Source: Chrysomallon squamiferum (lineage: Eukaryota > Animalia > Mollusca). From it: a stretch of DNA of 64,000 bases. Under the pieces are notes generated by a model, which saw only the letters and a program-made list of their open reading frames with translations, was not told the origin of the DNA and searched no databases. This document shows positions 15,847-27,777 of this stretch, piece by piece (position 1 is the first letter of the stretch; each line of letters begins with the position of its first letter). Position numbers and translations under genes: made by a program. The stretch covers positions 29,140,001 to 29,204,000 of the forward strand of contig CM022672.1 in the NCBI GenBank assembly GCA_012295275.1. Reading direction: 5' to 3'.

Positions 15847-17832
15847 ACAGTAAAGCTGAATGTATTTCAATTTAATGTATTTCTTGAATAAGGACTTAAA
15901 AAATAAAATAAAATTTACTATCATTTTTAAATGATGTATTAGTGGCAAAAAATAAGGTTTTACATAGCAATAAATAAACTAAACCAATCACATAAAAATA
16001 CACAAATGTTTACAGGGAGATATGTAGCAAATGTAAATATAGAATTAAATAAAAAACAAATAACAGTCTTTTTAGTAGCAGAAAAATATATTTACACTTC
16101 CTTACATAGCATCACCAAATCACTGATCAATAATTATTATTTATCATTACAAATGTTTGTTTTTTTAAGAAGAAAGAATCATTAGTTTTCAGGCATGAAA
16201 TATGTTTATAAAATATTTATATCCTCTAAATTTAATTTGTAATACAATAAATACACATACAGAATGTTAGTTTTAATTACTTTTCTTTTTTTCGTAAGTG
16301 TATTTTACATCATCAGTTTGCTTAATTATACCATGATTTATATTATGCTACATCTGTGACTACAATGAATGTTAGTTTTAATATCTTCTACATGTGTATT
16401 TATAATCTAGGTATATAAAGACAAAATCAGACCACAAATTCATGGTTACTGATGTGCATACTTGGCCCCATACCCACCCACACACACACACACATCTGCA
16501 TTGACAGAAGAAACTGAAAGATATCAAAATATGTTTATTCTTCTGTTGTCACTTGTGAGTGTGATTGTTCTTCTGCATGTATACACATGCGAAAATGATT
16601 GAGTTAATGTCAGAAGAAATAAAACTTACAAATTAAAATACATTTCTATATTATTAGTATCAGTAGTAGTATTAACATTTGTGATTTTCTTTTTTTTAAG
16701 GTAGTGACAATTGTGTCCCTTTAATCAAATTCATGATAAATTTCTTTGTAAATTTCTTTTTTTCAGGGGGAGGTATTACAAATAGCTCTAATCATTTTTA
16801 CATGTCAAAACTCTATTTATGATTATGCAGAATTTTCTTCCTTGCCCTGAAGGAAATGTTACCATGTAGAATTAATGGATGCACAACTACATAATTATTT
16901 CTAGTTACTTCCTCTTTCCACTGTAACCATGCCTAGTATTAATGTCATTTGAAATTATTATGTTTTGTGTACACGTGCATTATGCTTTTTAGACATGTGT
17001 AAAATACAAACTACGGGGGTCCGTGTAGAAAAAGCTTAATCAACACTGAAAATATATTTATTATGTAAGCATTACACAAATACACACACTCACACGTGAT
17101 ATATATTATAGATAGGTTGACGGCTATAGTCCACAAAATAAGAAAGATATATCATTAAAATACAGCGAGATATTACAAAAATACAAGTCGTTTTTCTGAA
17201 GAGTATTATATAGTTTAGTGTTTGTTTATTATTGTTCTTATAATAAAGTAATACACTCATAGTCATAGACATGATAGAGTCATACTAATACAACAGATAA
17301 ATTCTATACTTTACCAAATATTATTTATACTTTTTAAATTAATTATTCCTTACTAGTTTTATTTTGTTTTGTTATGAGGATGAAAATGATTTACTCTCCA
17401 AATTTTGTAAGTTATGTATTTGAACCATTTCGGAAATTTCATGCAAATAAAATAACAGATTATTATTGTTGTTATTTTAGTGTAAAACTATAAATTTATT
17501 TTCAGTTGTATTTGTAAGCTATAACTGATATTACTCACATCACTTTTATTTCCAGACCAGTGCATATATGCTTCCCTGTGGTAATCTGTTCCATTTAATT
17601 TGTTAATGGTAATACTCAGTTTTTTCTCGTCTGCATCCGATGAGGAAGAACGTTTGAATCGTTTTAAGAACTCCTCGTCTCCTCCACTCAGAGTAATTTT
17701 TCGCACTGGATTGTCATGCACACTGTCAGTATTATATCTTGATACTGCAGAATGTGACACACGAAAACAAAATAATGAAATAAACAAAATTACTAGTAAA
17801 CGCACGTCTGTAAGATTGTTTTGGTTCGCCAT
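543..17832 (-). CDS. SORCS: SorCS-like VPS10P-domain sorting receptor (3'-partial; TM and cytoplasmic tail lie beyond the left edge)
   Basis: 22 GT-AG exons with consistent phases: 17539-17832, 15480-15544, 14356-14449, 13686-13841, 13262-13332, 12163-12224, 11392-11516, 10946-11035, 9986-10153, 9205-9357, 8380-8651, 7779-7886, 7247-7364, 6799-6941, 6106-6216, 5092-5263, 4601-4784, 3950-4089, 2623-2773, 2298-2413, 1727-1852, 543-657 (about 1011 aa). The protein has a hydrophobic signal peptide, a furin-type site RFKR, Asp-box repeats (SRDYGEHF, SMDFGLTW, SFDKGGNW, SSDGGWTW, SLNDGLTW), a 10CC cysteine module (CILGQ..CYNGRDY..CPCFKEDFECDYGY..GYRKVAVDKC) and two PKD-like domains (ITHTYDKCGNYNVSVTATN; WQFGD..SHTY..VEAINSVS). 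This is the SorCS architecture, not sortilin or SorLA. Orthology to SorCS1, 2 or 3 cannot be resolved. Confidence 0.92.
722..1010. repeat. Compound tetranucleotide microsatellite (TATG)n/(CTAT,CTAC)n
   Basis: Visible directly; source of spurious ORFs 755-1053. Confidence 0.9.
5357..5740. repeat. About 80-bp degenerate intronic minisatellite (4-5 copies)
   Basis: AATGTAAATTATTATTTATG-like core at 5425, 5505, 5585, about 5662 and 5724. Confidence 0.85.
8652..8910. repeat. Degenerate 26-28-bp tandem array starting at the acceptor of SorCS exon 11
   Basis: TGAC-like core at 8653, 8681, 8709, 8737, 8765, 8790, 8817, 8843, 8869, 8897; consensus about GCAAATGTGACAA. Confidence 0.7.
11196..11318. 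repeat. (TA)n microsatellite
   Basis: Visible directly. Confidence 0.9.
15766..15843. repeat. (GA)n microsatellite
   Basis: Visible directly. Similar (GA/CT)n tracts at about 9123-9162, 34506-34575, 40746-40795, 44518-44600, 50335-50430, 58969-59042. Confidence 0.95.
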
Positions 17833-18619
17833 TCTTAGTTGTAAGTAATTTCCTCCTTCAGAACAGGAGACCAGCATTTTGCAGCTTCTCTTTCGTAATC
17901 AGTTTATAAAACAAGACAGTCAAATTTAAACTGTCTTGCGATGATTAAAAATGCTGGTTTCAAATCTGATTAAAATTTTAGTAATTTTCTGGATGATTCA
18001 CATGATTGTTATCCTCTTTTTTTTTTTCTTGTGGAAATTTTCAAATTTAATTTCATTTTTTAATTTCTGTTGAAATTACTTCGGGCTAGAGATTTTATTT
18101 TTTTATATCTGAAACAAATAATAAAATGTATTAATTAATAACTGACATTAGTTTTGTTTCTATTAATATTATTATTGTTATTGTTTTGCTGTTTTTAATT
18201 TGACTTCAATTTACTTTTTATTTTTTTCATTACTTTGTCCTTTTATTCTTCATTATTTTGTTTGTGCTTTCTTTTCACATAAGTGACTCAACTGATGAAC
18301 AGAAATTCAGTAAAATATCTCTGCTTGCTACATTTCATATATCAAAGCTATATTAATCCCTTTCAGTTATTAGATAAGATGAAGACACGGTCACACAGTC
18401 ACACAAAATACCTTTATTTACTGGTATCTGAACTCGTTATAATAATGACAGTTACCAGCTATCACAATCTCTGAATAATGAGAAAAATAACAGCTGAACA
18501 AAGTAAACAGAACAAAAGAAAAAATAATTAAAAAATAACTTTATTGTTTTTGCACATTAATATACACATTCAAAATAAATAGGTAATACATTGCTGAACT
18601 ATGAAAAATGTTTGAAATA

Positions 18620-18731
18620 ACAACAATACAATAATAATGATAATAAGCAATAATAATACCAATAATGATGATAATAATAAACTACAAAAATAATAAAGAT
18701 AATGATAGTGATGATAATGATAATGATGATC

Positions 18732-18781
<50 letters not shown>

Positions 18782-18830
18782 CATAATAATAATAGCAACA
18801 AAAACAACAATAAAATAAATAAATAAATAA
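18620..18830. repeat. (TAA/TGA)n trinucleotide tract
   Basis: Visible directly. Similar tracts at about 25370-25500, 36969-37025, 39718-39790, 46501-46570, 55560-55625. Confidence 0.9.
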
Positions 18831-19199
18831 ATGATTTTCACTTTCCAGATTACTCTTTTCTTCATTCTCATTATGCACTTGCTTTACTTTATTATCAACA
18901 AAGATTATGAACAAATGCAACATATTACTTGTAACATAAATATTTATTTAGGTTATTTAATATACTATCCAAATACAACTGCCATACTTTGTTACCAGAA
19001 AAGGTTTGATTACACCATTTACTTGCAACATACAAAATATGTTGTGATTATGTGTTCATGCCTCAGTGAAAACACTTTAAAGAAAAGACTTTAACAACTA
19101 TGTGAATTAAAAAATTCTGAATTATGTTTAATGACTCCTCAGCAGATAAATAATAACCATCTACTGAGTGTTATTACATAGTCATAACAAGACAATCAA

Positions 19200-19239
<40 letters not shown>

Positions 19240-20370
19240 CCATTCTGTTGACTTACCAAATACACATTTAATGTGTCAGTGAAAAGAATTCTGTATTTCA
19301 GATACATCAGAAAACAACTCACAATAAAAAATCACTGGTAATGTAGCAGAGTATGAAAAAGGATGAACCAGCAGAAACAATTCTTCTGAAACTTACTGTG
19401 GCATAACTGAAACCTTTTCAAAACTGTCTGATACAATCAATCTAAAACACACTATGGCATAACTGAAATTCTTTTAAAATCATTCTGAAACTTATTATGG
19501 GCATAATTGAAATGTTTTCAAAATAGTCAGTTATGAAGGTTGTGCTTTCACATGGCTACATCATATCACATGATTATAAGCCTTGTTTTCAATTTCCCTG
19601 AAGCATTATCTTTGCATAAATAATAACTTCACAGTAACATCATAAACACAAAATATAATATCAGTATGGCACACTTGTACAATAAAAACAAACGGGTACA
19701 GTGTAAGTCAGTTACAATTATAAAAAAGACTAGCACATTACGAAATGAAATATTTTCATTAAATCCTAGTGAACAAAAATTTAATATTATCCACTGCAGT
19801 CACTACAACCATGTATTATATATGCAGGTAACAGGCAATTTACTCTCACACACAGAATATATAGTAACTTTTACTTAACCCTTTGAACTCTATCAATTTG
19901 TACATCAGCACAAAAGCCAGGAAAACAGATACTGACACTTTATAAATTACAAAAAGCCATAATGCACAACACTGCACTCTCCTACTTGGTGTTGGGTCTG
20001 TTATAATTGTTATTTATAACTGTGTAATGAAATATTAGAAGTTATCATTTGGAATGGTAACACATCTTAGGAATTAAATGAGATAAATTTGGCATTCAAT
20101 AATTGATTACCATATGCTCATAAACAAACATACAGATCATATTTCCACAGTGTCATTCAAAACCCCAAACATGGATACCAGTGCAGAGATCCACATATCC
20201 TGACAAACACCTCTATATCAACACAGACATCCATATCCCATCACAGACACCTGTATATCAACTCAGACACATATACTCCCACACCCACACACACTATGGT
20301 CAGTAAACAGAGTTGTTTACACAAGTTATCAGAGCTGTTTATACATTTTATCAGTTATTTATAGAAATTA

Positions 20371-23300
20371 TCAGAGCTGTTTCAGAGTGTTGGCATGTAT
20401 AAGGAAATCCCAGCTGTCCTTCCATGTGAGTTCCTGAATCTGAGCAGGATCCAATGCCGTCATGCCGTACGAAAACACAGACAGCTTGACAGACACATAA
20501 ACCACAGACGACAACAGTGCCAATGTCATGTAGGTAACTAAAGTTGTTATACCTTTACTGAAAGAAACACAAAAGGAAATCATTAAAAAGCCACTCTGAA
20601 TTTTAGATGTACTGGTTTGTGCAGCAAATTTTGTAACCATGGATTATTTGTCTGTTTTGTGTGTGTGTGTGTGTGTGTGTGTTTTTAAATGTTAGGCAAA
20701 TGTATTTTATGAGATTTATGTATATATTCATGCATTTCCACATGTATAATTAAGTTTGTATACATGCAGAATTATGTACACTTATATCTAAATGTGTATA
20801 TTTTTGTGTGTGTGTGTGTATGTGTATGTGTGTTTGTAAGTGTTGACACAGTGATTCTAATGTTAAAATTTTAGATACCCAGCCCATATCTTGTACAGAT
20901 GGTCAAGCACAGTGACAAAAGAGAGAACTTTAAACATGACAGCTGGGAGATAGTGATGTAAAAACAACGTCTTGTCTGTCAGAAAGTAAGGGAGATAATT
21001 CAGCAGGTAACCACCAATCACAATCTCAGAAGCAAATACAAACTGATTCCAGTGCACTGAAAGAGAACAGAGTAAATGATATTTAATTAACAATCTAAAG
21101 AACTCATTAATCACTAATTATCTTTGGACTCCATCTCCAGGTTTTCTGGTATAGAGAAGAAATACTGTGTTCGAGTTTTATACCCAGCCAACACTGAAGA
21201 TAATTTACTATTAGAAGGTAAATATATTTTAGGTTATTGAGTATTGATTTCTCTGATTTTTGTCCTAATTTAAAAACAGATGAATCAAAAGGGTTAATAA
21301 AACATTAAAATATTTTAATATTAACAGTCATTTTATTAATCAAACATATGTTTTTTTAAAGTTATTTTCTGTTTTTTATTTCTATATTTATTTGTTAGAA
21401 ACCAGCTGTTCTCAGTTCATCAGTTAGAGGTCCCACAGACAGGAAAACAAATACAAGAGCCTCAGATAAACAAGACTTGTTGAAAGGAATTTTTTTCATC
21501 AAATAAATGAAATTGATTTTTACACAGTCAGTTATTCTGAAATCCTCAGACTTTTAAAAATAAAATCACTTTCTACTTCTCCATCTTCCTCTTCTTCATC
21601 AAGTGCTACATCTCCCTCTGAAACTGTGTTAATTTTGCTTAAGATATTACTCAGTATAATACAGATGTCAGTTACTGAAACTGATTCACAAACCTTCATT
21701 CAAGTCGTACAGCCCTCTTTGTCTCCGCAGTACGTAGTAGATGATCAAGGCTGTGTGAACACACAGAGTGAGAAATGATATCTTCCACATAACAAGATTT
21801 CCTAGGAGATGTATCTGTGCCTGCAAGTAACAGGATGCACAAAACAAATAAATAATAAGTAATCTATTATAAAGTATATACATAATTTATACCACATATT
21901 TATTACTCATTCCAACAGATATGTGGAGAAATGTTGACACAAGCAAACATGCACTTGCAAAAATTTACATTAGTATTCAAACTCATCCAAAGCACATACA
22001 GACTCATGACACCATAGAGTAACTTAACAGTTACTGACATATTGCTATGGACATATATAGATAAATTTCATATAACACACACACAACCAATCAGAAACAC
22101 ATGCTCACACTCCTCGCTCTCAAGCACACACACACTCACACACACACACATGGTACTCTCATAAACCCATCACTATTTACCAACATCAGACTTACATTAG
22201 AGGCAGGACTCATCCAGTAAGCTACATTCTTCGTCATGAAAGGCCAGTCCAGTGGATCAGAGCAGAATTTGTGTTCGAGGTCTGCATCCTGGTTTGAGAA
22301 AATCATTTTTAGCTGCAGCTCCCAGAACTTGGTCCAGAACGACAGGTGAGTGGGCTCCAGCGGAATCATCTCCGCCTGTCGTAGCTCCTTCGACTGCTGA
22401 CTTTTTTCTGTGTCTGGAAAATAAATATCTTATTACTGTTACAAATGGCCTGTTATTTAACAAAGAAATATGAGAAAAGGTTTTATTTAATGACATAAAC
22501 AAAATATATTTAATTTACAAATGTTAATATAAAACATCAGAAAAAAAAAAATATATATATATATATCTACTGCTAATCAGAAGGAAAAAATATATATAAC
22601 TAGTAAGTGGAATAGGGTCAAAGTTTGTGTTTTCAGTTAGCAACAAGGCTTCATTTAGGTTGAGTATTTACAGCAGAGTTATTATCCTGAAATTTGAACA
22701 TACAAAAAGAAATCAGACTTAAAAATATTTTTCAAGTTATCTACAAAATCAGGTGTATTTTTTAATTCATGATAACATGTGTTATTACATACTTTCTAAA
22801 TATTGTGGGCATTACACTGTAGCATACACACTGGGCCATCAATCTGAAAATTCAGATTTTTGGAAGTAACAGTATTGTACTACAGAGAAAGCTCTTTAAT
22901 AAATTGGCTTTGAGGTTCTGAGCTATTTACCCAATGGGCCCAAAACACAGAAATATTCAAACACTAAAATGTGCACATCTTACCTAAATCCATAAAAATC
23001 AACAACTAATCCACATCCATTAAAAACTGAAAACTAATCTACATCCATAAAGATCAACAACTGATCTCAATCCATAAAAATCAAATACAGAAACATTCAA
23101 ACTTACTTTTCGTGTATCGATGTTCTTCAACATTCCAGATGGCAGCTGGTTGGTTGGTAAGTCGATCTGCAGCTACTTCAAGTTGATGAAAACCCCACTC
23201 AGGTAGCTGTTTACCTGTAATCTGCACCATACAATGACAAACCTTAATTTTAATTAACATTAAGCATCAAAAGCTTTGCTTTCTAATCTATTACATAAAA

Positions 23301-26300
23301 AATAAAAATTAAATAAAAAATAACAATTATATGTAAGATATCAGTGACAGTTAGATGAATCATGTATGAATTCATTATCAGGCCCATTTAAGAATATAAC
23401 TATCAAATAAAAACACAAACTCACTAAAGGTACAACCTGGAAGCAAAATTTTAGATATTTAACCAGGGAAATAGAAATATACAAACTAAATTTTAGTTGC
23501 AAACTGAAAAATTAAATTATGTCACTGTATGTACAAAGTAAGTTTAGTCATTAAAGGTAGAAAGCAGTAAATAGGTTTTGATTTAATTTATTCCAGACAT
23601 TAGAAAGGCTTAGAAGCTATCAGAATAACAATATATGTATATATTTAGCCTGACAGTTACTGATGTACTGAAGTGACTTGCTGTAATTCATATAATTACC
23701 ACATTTAACCTAATAGTTATTGATATAGTGACATGATGTACTGTAATAGTTATAATTACCATATAGAAAGTTAGCCTAATAGTTATTGATTAAATTGTTA
23801 GGACTTACTTAATAGATATAATACCATAAAGCAATTTAGCATAACAGGTACTGATATATTGACATAAATTAGTTTTACTGATATTTTGAACTAATTACAC
23901 TCACAGTAGCAGTTAGTCCATGCGCTGATGTCATCAACCCTAAGAGCTGTTGATATACTGATGTTACTTTACTAACTGCAGTTGATATGCTACTATAATC
24001 ATACTAACAATAACAGTTACTTACCCTAAAATACAGAAAAATCAGTGGGTATGTTAGTGAAACTTACCATAACAGCTTTTGATATGTTGATATGATATTG
24101 AAAACAAAAACAGATATTGATGTATTGATGTAACTCACCCTAACAGCTGTTGATGAGTTGACATGAATCAACCGAATCAAACTCTTAATAGTCTGCCAGT
24201 TATCTCCATCACTCTCACGATTGACTATGTCCTGAAAAAGTAATCGGTCTGTAACAGCAGTGTGAACACTCAACACTAAAACTACACTGAAAGACTGAGT
24301 GAGTCAGTGAGTAAATGGATGGATGGATGGATAGATGGATGTTTGCTTAAAAGTTTATTAATGTAAATTTGATAATTTAAACGGCTTCTAGTACTGTGTG
24401 TCACAAAAACTAATTGCTGCTGAAAATTAAACACACACACATACACATGCGTGCATACATACGTGTGGTAACAGATAGCATAATACCATAAATTATTTTA
24501 ACCTAACAATTAATTGATACATTGATAACAGATGCCGTAATACCATAAAGTAACTGAACAATTATTGATATTCTGATGTGATACAAATACATATTTACAA
24601 ACACATAAATAACAAGTTAACACACACACACAGAGAACATTCCTCAGTTAAAAACTTACCACTCTCCACAGATTCTGAGCTGGCATGCTGACATTGTAGT
24701 TGATGTAACACGATACTTCCTGATTCTGTGGCGTCACTGGGGCAGCAACATCGTGGCTAAAGCAACATACACACCCAAGTTAGTACCAAACAAATAATTT
24801 TCTTACTATAATAAGTGCTGCTAGTCAAACACTGAAGAAATAATACTGTTTCATGAACTGCAATATTTTGTGACTGTATCCATAAATGTAGCAACTATAA
24901 CGAAATCATAATTTTCCAAAATGATATATTTATATATTGTTACTTGAGTAATTATAAATCTTTTAATGATAATCTAATAAATAATTACATGTTACCTGTT
25001 TAGTGCTCTGCTTGTTATGCCATGAACAAGTTGAATAATGTCTCCATGTTTGACTGGTTGAGGTTTCTCATCCACTACCAGACTGTCTCTGAACAAACAA
25101 ACAATAAATAAATATACAAACAAATAAATAAATTAGTGAGTGAAATAAAAGAGAATGAACAAATAATCTGATAGATGATTTTTAAAAATTAATAAAGAAT
25201 GAACCAAACTAATTAATCTATAATATCTATTTTGTTATAGATTTTTATAGATTTTTATTTTCATTTTACAATTTCATCCTTTCTCTACCAAACAAACATT
25301 ATTTAAGTTCTTTTTTTGTTTATAAACCCTCACATGCCAATAATTTGTTTTTAAATAAAAACAACAACATTAATAATGGTAATAATAGTAATAATGATAT
25401 GATAATGACGATGATGATAATAATAATAACAATAATAATAGTAATAACAGTAATAACATTAATAATAATAAAATAATAGTAACAACAATAACAACAACAA
25501 TTTATTTACCTTTCTGGATGTTTGATAATCCACCAGTTATTAACATCTTTGAAGATGTAACATGTAACTTGCTGCTGATGGCTGCTGCCACGGTTGTCTG
25601 GGTAACGGATTGGATACACAGCGGCATGAGAGTGTAACCAGCATGGTCGACCGGGGACAGCATCATGGGTGTGTCTGAGAGTGATCTGAGAACCATACGA
25701 CACATACAGTGGCTGTCCTTTAGTTAAGGCTGCTAAGCCTCCCTAAATGTAGATAAAAGTTCAAATAAAATCAGTTTACCACTGTATTTTGTTGTGTAAA
25801 TAAGTGTGTTTCTCACCAAATAAAGTTTTAGGCATAAACTAATAAACTAATAAAATAAACTAATAAAATTCATAAATATTATTAATATATATATATAAAT
25901 ATATACAGATATATAAAATATTTAATAATTCTGAGTTGTGTAGTTCTACTGGTTTGATATGTAGCAAGGGGTGAATTTAATGTGTTGTTATTATTAATTT
26001 TTTTAAATATTGCAGATTATATAACTCTTTTGAGACAGAGCTTAAAATGTAAAATGTAAATGTCATTGCTTCCAAAGTTTTATTTACAGAACAGGATCCA
26101 CTGAATTTATTAGCATTTTTGTCGTTTATTATTGTAGTTGTTGTTACTGTTTTGGTTATTATCATTGTTGTTGATATTATTATTATTATTAGTTTTTGTT
26201 AGTTTTGTATTATTGTTATAATTATAATAATAGTAGTAGCAATATTGGTTCTGTTGTTATTATTGCCATTATTATTATTTTAATAATTTCACTTCGAACC

Positions 26301-26675
26301 TTTACAGTTTCTTTATTTATTTACTTAAACAAGACTTACCTCCAAGCTGGCCTGAAAGGCACTGGTCATTATGTTGTCATGAGGTCCAGCCTTGGTCAGC
26401 ACAGACAGGTGAAAATAAAACAAGGACAGATAAAGACAAACTGGCAGACCTACTAGAAGACTCAGTCTGGCTATGCAGTGTTTGAACAGTGTAAACTGAA
26501 AAACAACAGAAAAACAAAACTCAATGAAACATCATATATTAGAATCAGTGAATGAATAACTAATATATTTGTTTATGAAAAATTTAACTTTTTATATTAA
26601 GTATTAAAAAACAAAATAAATAATTATTTAGTATGCATTTTTGTCAGCATATTGTGAATATAAAGGATTAAATAA

Positions 26676-26721
<46 letters not shown>

Positions 26722-27741
26722 TCTTTTATTTATTTAATTTTTTATATTTAAAGATATGAGAATAAAAATAACTGCCACTATTATTTCATCAACCAACAGC
26801 AAGCAGTTGTTTATATTCACTTTGTCATTAATAGAAATTTGATGAACAATTCATGACTGTTGTTTGGTGCTAGGGAAAAATCCCACAGGAAAATCATTAC
26901 TGCAATTCATCATGGTTCAAACTTAACATCCAGAAGCAGCAGTCTCTAATTAAAATAGTTTAATTAAAATGATATTAATTACTATAAAACAATTAATTTT
27001 TTTTTTTACCTCAGAATATGAGGAGTCTTCTAGCATGTCCCACAAATCTCTGAATGCCAGAAACAAAACTAACACAGCTGTGAAGAAACCCATGTACTTT
27101 ATACTGAAATAAATATACACTTAAATACATACTGAAAAAATACATGGTGGAAATAATAAATATACTTCAATACATACTGGAATAAATAATTATACTTAAA
27201 TACACACTGGAATAAATAAATAAACATAAATACATACTGGAATAAACAAATAAATATACATAAACACATACTAGAATAATCCAGTGAATACCTGTATTAT
27301 TACTATTATTATTATTGTAATCATCATCATTTGAAATATCAAAACATTAAATGTTCTAACATACCCAATATATTGTTAGGCATTTAAGTTTTACCATTTC
27401 TGTATTTTTCAAATCCACTCTGATGTAATAATAATAATAAGAAGAAGAAGAATAAGAAGAAGAAGAAGAAGAAGAAGAAAGAAAGAAGAAGAAGAACAAC
27501 AACAACAAGAAACAAAAAAGAAAAAGAAGAACCAATAAAAAACAGTGGTCTAAAAACTAATGTGTTTTTCCAGACAGTTTACCTAACACTGCAGGTATAT
27601 GAAAATCCACAGAGACTGAGCCAGAACCACCACCTGACTGAGAAAAATTCTCTGTAGTAATAAAAAAAAAAACATTTATAAAACAATTTATGTGAGTCAT
27701 TTTAATATAATTCAAACACATTTTTGACCAACTGAAATTAG

Positions 27742-27777
<36 letters not shown>

